NCBI GenBank assembly: GCA_040754455.1
Contig: JBFMCP010000002.1
Location: forward strand, 160,001-224,000
Length of the DNA: 64,000 nucleotides
Reading direction: 5' to 3'
Origin: Nitrospirota bacterium
Lineage (GTDB): Bacteria; Nitrospirota; Thermodesulfovibrionia; Thermodesulfovibrionales; Dissulfurispiraceae
This document shows positions 1-9,703 of the stretch, one piece after another (within the stretch, counting starts at the first letter, position 1; every line of letters begins with the position of its first letter). The translations under genes and the position numbers were made by a program. The notes below the pieces were generated by a model. The model worked only from the letters and a program-made list of their open reading frames with translations. It was not told the origin of the DNA and made no database searches.

Positions 1-1281
1 GGTGTCCCCGCCTTCGAGATCGTCAACCTCGCCCGTGAAGTAAGCAGTGTGAAGCCGAAGGTGATCTTCCACGGCGGATGGATGCTCGCCCGGTATGTGG
101 ATTCCTTCTATGCAAGCCGCTGCGCGTACATTCTCAATACGCTCATGGGCTCTATCGAAACAAAGGGTGGCATCGTGATCGCCAAAGGTGCGAAGGATGC
201 GGGCAAGAAGGGGCTCAACTCTCTTGGCGCCAAGATCCCCGATCCGCAGGACAAAATATTCGATGCAGACCTGCCGGGCAAGTCTCTCGGTACCGGGCAC
301 GTGATCAACCTCTACAAGGTCATCAAATCCGGTAAACCCTATCCGGTCAAGGCGTTCTTCGCTTATCGCTACGATCCTGTCGCCTCGCTCCCTGATCCGG
401 ATGAGCAGAAAAATATCCTGGATAATCTCGACCTCCTCGTTTCCATCGATGTCAACTACAGCCAGACCGCATGGTATGCCGATGTGATTCTTCCCGAGGC
501 GACCTACCTCGAGCGGTCGAATATCATCGCGGTCCAGAAGGGGCAGAAGCCCAACTTCCTCATGAGACGCCAGGCGGTCAAGCCCTATTACGACAGCAAG
601 CCCGCCTGGGAAATCTTCAAGCTCATCGCGGAGAGGATGGGTGCGGGACAATATTTCCCTTATAACAGCATCGAGGAAATCTGGAACTACCAACTCGAGG
701 GTACAGGGTATACCATTGAAGATTTCAAGGCAAAAGGTTTTGTGAGCCTCGCCAAAGACGCCATCTTCATGGACAGGAACGATATCAAGTTCACTACTCC
801 TTCCGGCAAAATCGAGTTCGTGTCGAGCAAGCTGGAGAAGGCCGGCTTCAAATCCTTTGCTCCGTACAATAGCCCCAAGAAGCCTGAACCCGGATCTTTC
901 CGGCTCACCTTCGGCAGGTCTCCGGCCCAGACCCATGCACAGTCCCAGAATAACCCCTACCTGAATGAGATAGTGCCGACCAACATTCTCTGGATAAACG
1001 AGAAAGAGGCGACCGCCCTCGGCATCAAGAACGGTGATATGGTGGAGGTAAGCGCAAACGGGTACTCAGGGACCATCAGGGCCTACGTTACGCCGTATAT
1101 TCATCCCGAGGCGGTCTTTATGTTCCACGGATTCGGCAACGAGATACCGCTCAAGACCCGCTCCTGCGGCAAAGGGCTCAGTGACACGAAGCTCGAAAGG
1201 GGCATCCTCGGAGTGGTGGATCCCGTGGGCGGCGGCGGCGCGTACAATGAGGCCATAGTAAAGGTCAGGAAGGCGAAATAA
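1..1281 (+). CDS. Molybdopterin oxidoreductase catalytic subunit, PsrA/PhsA (polysulfide/thiosulfate reductase)-like; 5' part lies outside the window
   Basis: Frame open from base 1. Motifs GKPYPVKAFF, SQTAWYADVILPEATYLER, TPSGKIEF and a C-terminal molydop-binding domain (HAQSQNNPYL...LWINEKEA..LGIKNGDMVEV). Confidence 0.85.
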   Translation, partial: GVPAFEIVNLAREVSSVKPKVIFHGGWMLARYVDSFYASRCAYILNTLMGSIETKGGIVIAKGAKDAGKKGLNSLGAKIPDPQDKIFDADLPGKSLGTGHVINLYKVIKSGKPYPVKAFFAYRYDPVASLPDPDEQKNILDNLDLLVSIDVNYSQTAWYADVILPEATYLERSNIIAVQKGQKPNFLMRRQAVKPYYDSKPAWEIFKLIAERMGAGQYFPYNSIEEIWNYQLEGTGYTIEDFKAKGFVSLAKDAIFMDRNDIKFTTPSGKIEFVSSKLEKAGFKSFAPYNSPKKPEPGSFRLTFGRSPAQTHAQSQNNPYLNEIVPTNILWINEKEATALGIKNGDMVEVSANGYSGTIRAYVTPYIHPEAVFMFHGFGNEIPLKTRSCGKGLSDTKLERGILGVVDPVGGGGAYNEAIVKVRKAK

Positions 1282-1294
1282 AGGAGGAAACATA

Positions 1295-1804
1295 ATGAGC
1301 GATTATTACATATACCAGGACCAGAGGAGATGCATCGGCTGCTACGCCTGCGAGGTGCATTGCAAGTCAAAGAACAACCTTCCCGTCGGTCCGCGGTTCT
1401 GCAGGATTATTCAGGTAGGACCGAAGATGGCAGGAGGTGTTCCCCGGATGCAGTTCGTCTTCATGCCCTGCTTCCATTGCGAAAAACCGTGGTGTGTATC
1501 CGCATGCCCGACCGGCGCAATGCAGAAACGGGCAAAGGACGGCATCGTCTTCGTCGACCAATCCCTGTGCGTTGGATGCAAGTCATGCATCACCGCGTGC
1601 CCCTGGGGCGTGCCGCAGTGGGACCCGGAGACGAAGAAAGTGGCGAAGTGCGATTACTGTAAAGACAGAGTCGATGCAGGGCTCAAGCCTGCATGCGTGA
1701 CCAAATGCACTGCCCATGCGCTCCGCTGGGTCACTGCAGCTGAGGCTTCGGCACTGAAGCGGGAACGGTTTGCAAAGGAAATAGCCGAAAATCTTCTCTG
1801 CTAG
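1295..1804 (+). CDS. 4Fe-4S dicluster electron-transfer subunit (PsrB/PhsB/DmsB-like)
   Basis: CIGCYACEVHC, PCFHCEKPWCVSACP, CVGCKSCITACPW, KCDYC...PACVTKC; RBS aggagg upstream. Confidence 0.9.
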   Translation: MSDYYIYQDQRRCIGCYACEVHCKSKNNLPVGPRFCRIIQVGPKMAGGVPRMQFVFMPCFHCEKPWCVSACPTGAMQKRAKDGIVFVDQSLCVGCKSCITACPWGVPQWDPETKKVAKCDYCKDRVDAGLKPACVTKCTAHALRWVTAAEASALKRERFAKEIAENLLC

Positions 1805-1814
1805 AGGACGGACT

Positions 1815-2606
1815 ATGATACACCTTACGATAGACGGCAGGCCGGTTGAGGTTGCAGCAGAGACAACGGCCCTCGAAGCGGCCCGCCAGGCGGGCATTGC
1901 TATCCCTACGCTCTGCTACCATCGAGCGCTCGGCCCCAACGGCGTCTGCAGGCTCTGCATCGTCGAAGTGGAAGGCCCCGGGCTGAACCGCACCATTGCC
2001 ACCTCTTGCAATCTCCGCGTTGCCGAAGGCCTCAGGATCGAGACAAACTCTCCGGTTATCCAGGATATGAGGAAAACCATCCTGGAGCTGCTTCTTTCCG
2101 GAATGGTCCCGACACCGGAGCTGCGGTCGCTGGCAAAGCAGGCAGGAGTGGGGAGAAGGAGATTCAAAGCAGAACCGGAGGACCAGTGTGCGCTCTGCGG
2201 CATCTGCATCAGAACCTGCCGCGATCGCATCGGGGCCGGTGCACTGGCCTTCGGGACTGCAGGAAAGAGCAAAAGTAAAGTAGCCGAATATGTGACACTC
2301 TCCAAAGAGGCCTGCATCGGCTGTGGGACCTGCGCGCAGGTCTGCCCCGTCGGCGCAATCACCATCAAGGATAAAGGCGCGGAGCGGAAGATACTCCTCT
2401 ACGGAAAAGAAGCGAACCGGCTCGCGCTCGTTGCCTGCGAATCCTGCGGGACTCCCTTTGCAACGGAGCGATTCATCGATTCTGTGCTTTCCCGTCTTTC
2501 CGGTGAGCTTGGCGCACAGGTAAAGAGGATATGTCCGGAATGCGCACGGCACTATTATGCAGCGACACTGGCGGAAGGATTTCCGGTCGATAACACTGCA
2601 CGGTGA
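1815..2606 (+). CDS. 2Fe-2S/4Fe-4S protein resembling the N-terminal Fe-S module of NuoG/FdhA/SfrA
   Basis: IPTLC...GVCRLCIVEV...SC (2Fe-2S), CALCGICIRTC, CIGCGTCAQVCPVGAI, then CESC/CPEC. Confidence 0.85.
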   Translation: MIHLTIDGRPVEVAAETTALEAARQAGIAIPTLCYHRALGPNGVCRLCIVEVEGPGLNRTIATSCNLRVAEGLRIETNSPVIQDMRKTILELLLSGMVPTPELRSLAKQAGVGRRRFKAEPEDQCALCGICIRTCRDRIGAGALAFGTAGKSKSKVAEYVTLSKEACIGCGTCAQVCPVGAITIKDKGAERKILLYGKEANRLALVACESCGTPFATERFIDSVLSRLSGELGAQVKRICPECARHYYAATLAEGFPVDNTAR

Positions 2607-2709
2607 TCGCGCAGTATCGTCTTTAAGAAATAACAATATTCTACAGCAGGGCGGCCCCGAAAGTCGCCCCTTCGCTCTATGAAAGAGAAGGATAAAGAGG
2701 AGAAAGGGC

Positions 2710-4683
2710 ATGGCGGAAACAATCGTTTGTTACTGGAATAATAAATCCTGCGATGGAGCATCTCCCCTTAAGCACGGGAACGAGAATATTGCCGCCCTTA
2801 TCGGCTGGGGAGGTGTTCAGGTATTCGACCCCGACGTCGATATCATCGACCTCTGCGCTGCTTACGCTGCAGCGGTAAGAAATAATTCCTGCGGACAGTG
2901 TATTCCCTGTAGGATAGGAACAAGGATAATCGCCGATATTTTTGAGGGCATAAAAAAAGGAGAGGGCAAGCTGAACGATCTCGATACTGTAAGGACGCTC
3001 TCTGAGACCGTTGCCCGGACTTCGATGTGCGAAATAGGACGGAGCTCTCCTGAAGTGTTCCTGTATCTCCTCGATCACTATAAAGATGTTTTTCAAAAGG
3101 CAATAAAAGGCAAGAGGAAGGGAAAGAAAAAATACGTCTATCGCTCGATTAGGACGGCGCCCTGTATGCAGGCGTGTCCCATGCATCTGGATATCCCGAA
3201 ATACATCGAGGCGATCAAGTTCGGCAGATTCCGGGAATCTCTGGATATCATACGCCAGAAGCTCCCGCTGCCGGGAGTCGTCGGCAGAGTCTGTGTGCGG
3301 CCCTGTGAATTCAACTGCCGGAGAGGGCTCATCGATGAACCTATTCAGATAAAACATCTGAAGCGGTTCGTTGCCGATTACGACATCGAAAGTGTACGAG
3401 CTCCTGCATGCAAGAGACCTGAGGACAAAGTATTGTATGAGCTTTCGCGAGCCGAGGGTCCTCAGCTGCAGCGGCAGAAACCCAACGGCATCAAGATCGC
3501 CATTGTCGGTGCCGGTCCTTCGGGCCTCACCTGCGCCCATTTTCTCGCCTATCAGGGCTATGAAGTAACCATCTATGAGCTGCTCTCTGAACCGGGCGGC
3601 ATGGCTGCCGTCGGCATTCCTGATTACCGTTTGCCGCGAAGCATCCTGCGCGGTGAAATCGAAGCGATAGAGAAGCTGGGGGTGAAGATCGTTTACGGCA
3701 AAGGCCTCGGTACTCATTTTACCCTTGATGATCTTGAGAAAGAGGGGTATAAGGCACTATTCATCGGCATGGGCTGCCACTGTCATAAAAAGATGGACAT
3801 AGAGGGAGAAGACAAGGGCTATTACGGTTACATACCGGGCGTCTATTTCCTGCGCAATGTGAACCTCGGCCTCCTCGACGAGATACCAAAGGGGAAAAAG
3901 ATGGTGGTTGTCGGCGGCGGTAATGTCGCCATCGATTGTGTGCGCAGCGCGTTCAGAGTGGGATTCGAAGATTCCCATATCGTCTACCGGAGATCCCGTA
4001 AAGAGATGCCTGCCGATGCCGTCGAGATCAGTGATGCAGAAGCAGAAGGGGTGCAGTTCCATTTTTTGACAGCGCCGAAAAGGATCATCGGAGAAAACGG
4101 GAAAGTGGTGGGCCTCGAATGCCTCAGGATGGAACTGGGCGAGCCCGATGCCTCGGGCAGGAGGAGGCCGGTCGAGGTCCCCGGCTCTGAGTTTGTCATC
4201 GAGGCGGACGTCATCGTCGCCGCTATCGGACAAGAGGGAGATTTCTCGTGCATGTGCAACCTGCCGGGAGTCGAGGTGACAAAGAAAGGGGCTATTGTTG
4301 TCGATGAGAATCTGATGACCACCAGAAAAGGCGTCTTTGCCGGAGGCGATTGCATTACAGGCCCGGACGTTCTTATCAGGGCCTGCGCTCACGGGAGGCG
4401 CGTGGCATTGAAGATCGATATGTTCCTGAAAGAGGGAAAGATCGTACCCCTCGATGAAGAGAACGACGAAGCGTTTTTGAACCAGCTCAAGGTGTTCGAT
4501 CCCTCAGAAAAGGTGAACATCCCCGGAGGAGTAAAACGTATTCCTATCAAACACGAGCCGCCGGTAGAACGGAAGAAGGATTTCAGAGAGGTGGATAAAG
4601 GATTCACTGTGCAGGAGGCCATGGCCGAGGCCGAACGATGCCTGAGATGCTACCGCGTCGTCACTTATGCCACTATTAAATAA
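2710..4683 (+). CDS. FAD/NAD(P)H-dependent oxidoreductase, SfrB/GltD-like, with an N-terminal NuoF-type Fe-S domain
   Basis: SCGQCIPCRIG, APCMQACP..DIP, GRVCVRPCEFNCRR, VGAGPSG, VVGGGNVAIDC, YRRSR (NADPH-type), EAERCLRC. Confidence 0.88.
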   Translation: MAETIVCYWNNKSCDGASPLKHGNENIAALIGWGGVQVFDPDVDIIDLCAAYAAAVRNNSCGQCIPCRIGTRIIADIFEGIKKGEGKLNDLDTVRTLSETVARTSMCEIGRSSPEVFLYLLDHYKDVFQKAIKGKRKGKKKYVYRSIRTAPCMQACPMHLDIPKYIEAIKFGRFRESLDIIRQKLPLPGVVGRVCVRPCEFNCRRGLIDEPIQIKHLKRFVADYDIESVRAPACKRPEDKVLYELSRAEGPQLQRQKPNGIKIAIVGAGPSGLTCAHFLAYQGYEVTIYELLSEPGGMAAVGIPDYRLPRSILRGEIEAIEKLGVKIVYGKGLGTHFTLDDLEKEGYKALFIGMGCHCHKKMDIEGEDKGYYGYIPGVYFLRNVNLGLLDEIPKGKKMVVVGGGNVAIDCVRSAFRVGFEDSHIVYRRSRKEMPADAVEISDAEAEGVQFHFLTAPKRIIGENGKVVGLECLRMELGEPDASGRRRPVEVPGSEFVIEADVIVAAIGQEGDFSCMCNLPGVEVTKKGAIVVDENLMTTRKGVFAGGDCITGPDVLIRACAHGRRVALKIDMFLKEGKIVPLDEENDEAFLNQLKVFDPSEKVNIPGGVKRIPIKHEPPVERKKDFREVDKGFTVQEAMAEAERCLRCYRVVTYATIK

Positions 4684-4728
4684 ATAAAAGGCATCGAGTC
4701 CTTCAGTCGTTGTACTATTAAAGCAAGC

Positions 4729-4820
4729 GTCATTGGACATTGGTCATTAGCTATTGGTCGCTTATCAGTTGTCAGTTACTTTTACCAATGACCATTGACT
4801 ATCGACCAGTGATCGATGAC
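4729..4820. repeat. Inverted array of 7-nt units (CATTGGT-like / ACCAATG-like)
   Basis: cattgga-cattggt-cattagc-tattggt ... accaatg-accattg-actatcg-accagtg-atcgatg. Confidence 0.75.
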
Positions 4821-4849
4821 TTCCTTTTGTCGAGATCGAGGATGCCTGA

Positions 4850-7800
4850 ATGGAACGGTTTCTGAATATCTTCTCAAAAAAGCGGCGATGCCTCCCCGTC
4901 GCCGATGCCCGGAGCAGTATTGCGGCGAAGTACAAATTCTTCAAGAGCCTTCTCAAACACAATCACACCGCCCTCAAGGCCATTGCCGATCTCGAACAGC
5001 TGTACTACAGCGGGAAGCCTTTCAGTCTTTCTTCCATACGTATTAATTACGAGGAGTTGCTTGAAGCAGTGACCGGCGTTATTCATTCTCTCCAGGCGCT
5101 GTCGGGGAAGGATATGGAGCCACTGGCAGAGGTCGCCGGGTGCATCGATAGAGAGCTCTTCAAGAACTTCAATCCGAAATGCGCCATCACCATAAAAGAT
5201 TTTGTCCTTCCCTTTGAAGAGATTACTCCCGAAATGAAAAAAATGGTAGGAGCGAAGGCCGCCAACCTGGCGGTGATAAAGAACGTGCTCGGGCTCCCCG
5301 TGCCGCAGGGGTTTGCCGTCACCGCCTATGCGTTTGAACACTTCATTGAAGAGAACAGGCTCCTCCGCCACATCAAAGAGGAATTGTCGCACATCTCCTC
5401 CGATGCCCCTGAGACCATCGAACGGGCAAGCGGCAGATTGAGAGAGATGGTGCTCAACGGGAAGGTGCCGGCTTCACTTTCTGCTGAGATCCTCAAGGCC
5501 TATGAGGCGATCGAGCAGAAATTGCACAGGGGAGTGCGCATTGCAATGAGGAGCAGCGCCGTTGGAGAGGATACCGAAGCAACCTTTGCAGGCCAGTACG
5601 AGACCGTGCTCAATGTGAAAAAAGAGAATATCATTGATGCCTACAAGACCGTTCTGGCGAGCAAATATTCCGCACGGGCGATCGCCTACCGGCTCCAGTA
5701 CGGGCTGGATGACCGCGAGACCCCCATGTGCGTGATCGGCATCGAGATGATCGATGCGACGTCGAGCGGCGTGCTCTATTCCGTTGATCCCGCGCTGCGG
5801 CGCTCCTGCCCGGTGAAGATCAATTCCCTCTGGGGCGTGGGAGAGCATCTTGTGGACGGCAGCGCCTCTCCCGATGTCTTTATCATCGACCGCATCGACA
5901 AGCGCATTGTCGAGAAGCATGTTGCACGGAAAGGATCGAGGATGATCAACCGGCGAGAGGGAGGAACCATGATCGAACAGGTCCCCGAGAGCGAGCGGCA
6001 GCGTTCCTCGCTCGACGATGCGAAGGCATTAGAGCTCGCCCATTACGGGTTGCTCCTGGAGGAGTTCTTCGAGAGCCCCCAGGACGTGGAGTGGGCCCTT
6101 GACAGCAATAACGACCTTTTCATCCTTCAGTCCAGGCCTCTGAACCTTCCTGAAATCACCGCCGAGGAGTCCGTACCACGCGACTACCCTGATCATCCTG
6201 TGCTTCTCTCTCAGGGCAGGGCGGCGGCGTCGGGGATTGCGACAGGGAGGGTGTTCATCGTGGAGCATGACGATGATCTCAAAAGAATTCCCCCTGATGC
6301 CATACTGGTAGCGCGGACCGCTTCGCCGGAATATGCGAAGGCCATCGGGAGGATCAGAGGTATTATAACCGACATCGGAAGCGTTACCAGTCATATGTCC
6401 TCCGTAGCCCGGGAATTCGGCATTCCCGCAATCGTGGATGCGGGTAACGCCACAGCGGTGCTGCCGAACGGACGGCTTATTACCATGTGGGCCGACACGA
6501 CGAGAGTGTACGATGGAGTGGTTGAATCACTGGTCAGAGAGATGAAGCCGGCACGAAAGCTTATCTTCGACAGCCCGCTCCACCGCCGCATGCGGAGAAT
6601 TCTCGACAAGATCGCTCCCTTGAACCTCACCGACCCTGAAGCGCCCACCTTTACCCCCGAAGGGTGTCAGACCTTCCATGACATCATCCGGTACACCCAT
6701 GAATATGCCATGCGGGAGATGTTCGGACTTTCGGAAGATACGGGTGAGACGGGGCGGTCGGTGAAACTTACGACCAGGCTTCCCCTCAATCTGCGGATGA
6801 TCGACCTGGGCGGAGGGCTCAGGGAGGGTCTGACCAGCTGTGATACGGTTACGCCTGATTGTATCGCATCGACCCCGATGAGGGCGGTCTGGAAAGGCTT
6901 TACGCATCCCGGCGTCAACTGGGCTGGCACGATGAGTTTTGACAGGAGCAAACTCTCCGGTCTCCTTGCGGCGGCAGCTGCTTCGGAATTCGGCGACACA
7001 GGTCCTGGAGAGAGCTATGCCATCCTGTCACGCGATTATCTGAACCTCAGCGTGCGCTTTGCCTATCACTTTGCCACGATCGACACGCTCTGCAGCGACA
7101 AGAGCACCCAGAACTATATCTCTCTCCAGTTTTCCGGGGGCGCCGGGAGCTACTACGGACGCTCGCTCCGTATCCAGCTGATCGGCACGGTGCTCGAGAG
7201 GCTCGGCTTCAAGGTGACGCTCAAGGGCGACCTCATCGAAGCGTTTATCGCACGTTATGACCGTCAGGCGATCGAGGAAAAGCTCGACCTGATGGGCAGG
7301 CTGCTTGCATCGAGCCGCCTGCTCGACATGGTCCTCTCGAACCAGGAGGAGATCGACTTCTATGCCGCTGCATTCTTCAGCGGCAACTACGACTTCCTCA
7401 CGAAGGGAAAGGAGGACGAATTCCCCGGCTTCTATGTCCGCGGGGGGTATTGGAAACGTCTCGTCGAAGAGGGCCACCCCTGTTGTCTGCAGGACGGTTC
7501 CCGCTGGGGCCGGAGAGTATCTTCTGAGTTCTCGGGACTCATGGGAAAGGTCATCGGCAACACATACCGGGAGTTTCTCGATACAATCGAAGCCTACTAC
7601 TATTTCCCTCTCCTGATTATGAAGGATATGGAGTTCTCCCAAGGCGCCATAACTGCCGGGATAAAGCCGATGCGCGGCAATATCGACCGGGCGGGCGGGA
7701 TCGCCTTTGGCATCAGGGACACGGAAAATTACTTCGTGCTCAGGACGAACTCTCTCGAGGGCAACATCGTGCTCTTCGAATTTGTAGAGGGAAGAAGGGT

Positions 7801-8032
7801 GCTTCTGTTCAGTGTAACAAAGAGGATAGAGAACAACCAGTGGCATCTTCTCAAGGCTGAGCTCACCGAGGATTCCATAAAAGGGTACTATAACGATGAT
7901 CTGGTCATGGAATATCCTCTCGATCAACCAATCAGAGGGTTTATCGGCCTCTGGACAAAATCCGACTCGGTCATCTGTTTTAAGGACCTGGTGATCGAGA
8001 CCGGAGGCGGTCGGAGGACAATCGCCTTTTGA
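4850..8032 (+). CDS. PEP-utilising enzyme-like protein: PPDK_N/PEP-synthase ATP-grasp domain, phospho-His mobile domain and a C-terminal beta-sandwich (DUF1080-like) domain
   Basis: VGAKAANL, MRSSAVGED..TFAGQY, PQDVEW, ILQSRP, TSHMSSVAREFGIPA; C-terminal AGGIAFG...YFVLR...WHLLK...GFIGLWTK. Confidence 0.8.
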   Translation: MERFLNIFSKKRRCLPVADARSSIAAKYKFFKSLLKHNHTALKAIADLEQLYYSGKPFSLSSIRINYEELLEAVTGVIHSLQALSGKDMEPLAEVAGCIDRELFKNFNPKCAITIKDFVLPFEEITPEMKKMVGAKAANLAVIKNVLGLPVPQGFAVTAYAFEHFIEENRLLRHIKEELSHISSDAPETIERASGRLREMVLNGKVPASLSAEILKAYEAIEQKLHRGVRIAMRSSAVGEDTEATFAGQYETVLNVKKENIIDAYKTVLASKYSARAIAYRLQYGLDDRETPMCVIGIEMIDATSSGVLYSVDPALRRSCPVKINSLWGVGEHLVDGSASPDVFIIDRIDKRIVEKHVARKGSRMINRREGGTMIEQVPESERQRSSLDDAKALELAHYGLLLEEFFESPQDVEWALDSNNDLFILQSRPLNLPEITAEESVPRDYPDHPVLLSQGRAAASGIATGRVFIVEHDDDLKRIPPDAILVARTASPEYAKAIGRIRGIITDIGSVTSHMSSVAREFGIPAIVDAGNATAVLPNGRLITMWADTTRVYDGVVESLVREMKPARKLIFDSPLHRRMRRILDKIAPLNLTDPEAPTFTPEGCQTFHDIIRYTHEYAMREMFGLSEDTGETGRSVKLTTRLPLNLRMIDLGGGLREGLTSCDTVTPDCIASTPMRAVWKGFTHPGVNWAGTMSFDRSKLSGLLAAAAASEFGDTGPGESYAILSRDYLNLSVRFAYHFATIDTLCSDKSTQNYISLQFSGGAGSYYGRSLRIQLIGTVLERLGFKVTLKGDLIEAFIARYDRQAIEEKLDLMGRLLASSRLLDMVLSNQEEIDFYAAAFFSGNYDFLTKGKEDEFPGFYVRGGYWKRLVEEGHPCCLQDGSRWGRRVSSEFSGLMGKVIGNTYREFLDTIEAYYYFPLLIMKDMEFSQGAITAGIKPMRGNIDRAGGIAFGIRDTENYFVLRTNSLEGNIVLFEFVEGRRVLLFSVTKRIENNQWHLLKAELTEDSIKGYYNDDLVMEYPLDQPIRGFIGLWTKSDSVICFKDLVIETGGGRRTIAF

Positions 8033-8231
8033 AAAATTCCTCTTTCACAAGAGGGTAAAATTACCTGCCCGCTGTACCCGAAATGTCGTATACTGAAACA
8101 TATCCTCCCCTCGAGCAGTACATTATAAAAAACAGCAATATGCTATAATTATTTTGTTATCACTTCGGGGGCTGGATGCCGGCGAAGCACCGGCTCTCCT
8201 GCGCGCATATCTTTAATTATCACAAGGAGCT

Positions 8232-9059
8232 TTGTTGCTGGACTTATTTAAACAGATCAGATGGCAGGACTTTTTCGATATCGCCATTGTCTCCCTCATT
8301 TTCTATCGCATTCTTCTGATGATCAAAGGCACGAAAGCGGCGCAGATGCTTCTGGGGCTCGGCGTCCTGCTGATCGCCTCGTTCTTCTCAAAGTATCTGC
8401 AGCTGTATACCATGGACTGGATTATTCAGAGCTTCTGGTCCCAGGTGGTGATCGTCCTCATCATTCTCTTCCAGCCCGAGATCCGGAGGGCGCTTGCGCA
8501 GATGGGAGAGTCCTCCTTCTTTCAGAATCTTACCACTGCGGAGGAGCTGAAATCGCTCGAGGAAATCGTGAGGGCCACTGTTGCCCTGGCAAACAGAAAA
8601 ATAGGGGGGCTCATCGTGATCGAGCGTGAGGTGAGCCTCAGGGATTATGTTGAAATGGGGACGCCACTCGATGCGAAGGTCTCGAAGGAATTGCTGCTCA
8701 GTATCTTTCATCCGACCTCGCCGATCCATGACGGTGCGATAGTTATCCGCGGGAACAGGGTGGTTGCCGCTGGGTGCTTTCTGCCGATCACCCTTGGCGC
8801 CGATGTCAGTAAATCTCTCGGGACCCGCCACCGGGCGGGAATCGGCATTACGGAAGAGACCGATGCCGTTGCCATCATCGTTTCCGAGGAGACAGGAACC
8901 GTCTCGGTTGCGATGACCGGGAAGTTCCAGACGAATATCGACATGGGCACCCTCCGGGACATCCTTACCGATCTCTTTACGGAATCAAAAAAGGGCAAGG
9001 GCGGAGCAAGGAAAAAAGTAGAGCTGGCCGCCGGGCGCACCGAGGACGCCGAGAAATGA
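8232..9059 (+). CDS. cdaA: Diadenylate cyclase CdaA/DacA
   Basis: Three N-terminal TM segments, FQPEIRRAL, SPIHDGA, GTRHRAG, VSEETG; TTG start after aggag. Confidence 0.95.
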   Translation: MLLDLFKQIRWQDFFDIAIVSLIFYRILLMIKGTKAAQMLLGLGVLLIASFFSKYLQLYTMDWIIQSFWSQVVIVLIILFQPEIRRALAQMGESSFFQNLTTAEELKSLEEIVRATVALANRKIGGLIVIEREVSLRDYVEMGTPLDAKVSKELLLSIFHPTSPIHDGAIVIRGNRVVAAGCFLPITLGADVSKSLGTRHRAGIGITEETDAVAIIVSEETGTVSVAMTGKFQTNIDMGTLRDILTDLFTESKKGKGGARKKVELAAGRTEDAEK

Positions 9060-9703
9060 AACGGATTATTTTCAGCAACCTGGGCTTAAAAGTGCTTGCG
9101 GTGGTGCTCGCCGTATCAATGTGGTTTTTTATCACCTACCGCGGACAGGCTGAAATGTCCCTCGATGTGCCGATCGGATTCAAGAACGTACCCCAGGGGC
9201 TGGAGATACTGAAACAGAGTGTGAGGAACGTGACGCTCACGATGAGGGGGCATGAGCGGCTCCTCAAGAGCCTGCGGCCCATGGATATCGGTGTGACCAT
9301 TGACCTCTCAAACGCCAAAAAAGGAGAGGCGACGTTCTTTTTCGATAAGGATAACGTGGTCGCACCGAGGACCCTGGACATCCTGCGGATAGAGCCGACC
9401 TATGTGAAAGTGACGCTCGATGAATCAATAGAAAAGGTCGTCCCGGTGAAGCCGGCGATCATCGGGACCCCTGAAAAGGGGTATCGCGTCACGACTGTCG
9501 AGGTGAAACCTTCTACCGTACGGGTGGAAGGGGCGAAGACCGAGCTGGCGAGAGTCGCCGTACTCAGGACGGAGCCCATCGACATTACCGGCCTCGATTC
9601 CGATATACGGCAGAATGTACGGCTTAATTCGAACGGAAGAAATATCAGGACGGATGTTGCTGAAGTCACCTTGAGCATTTCCATCAAGAGGGTTGAACGA
9701 TGA
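9056..9703 (+). CDS. cdaR: CdaR/YbbR-like regulator
   Basis: N-terminal LKVLAVVLAVSMW anchor plus YbbR-like domains; lies between cdaA and glmM. Confidence 0.85.
   Translation: MKRIIFSNLGLKVLAVVLAVSMWFFITYRGQAEMSLDVPIGFKNVPQGLEILKQSVRNVTLTMRGHERLLKSLRPMDIGVTIDLSNAKKGEATFFFDKDNVVAPRTLDILRIEPTYVKVTLDESIEKVVPVKPAIIGTPEKGYRVTTVEVKPSTVRVEGAKTELARVAVLRTEPIDITGLDSDIRQNVRLNSNGRNIRTDVAEVTLSISIKRVER

Noticed and set aside
8166..8200. Riboswitch upstream of cdaA
   Set aside because: Only a single modest GC-rich hairpin with no recognisable riboswitch consensus.
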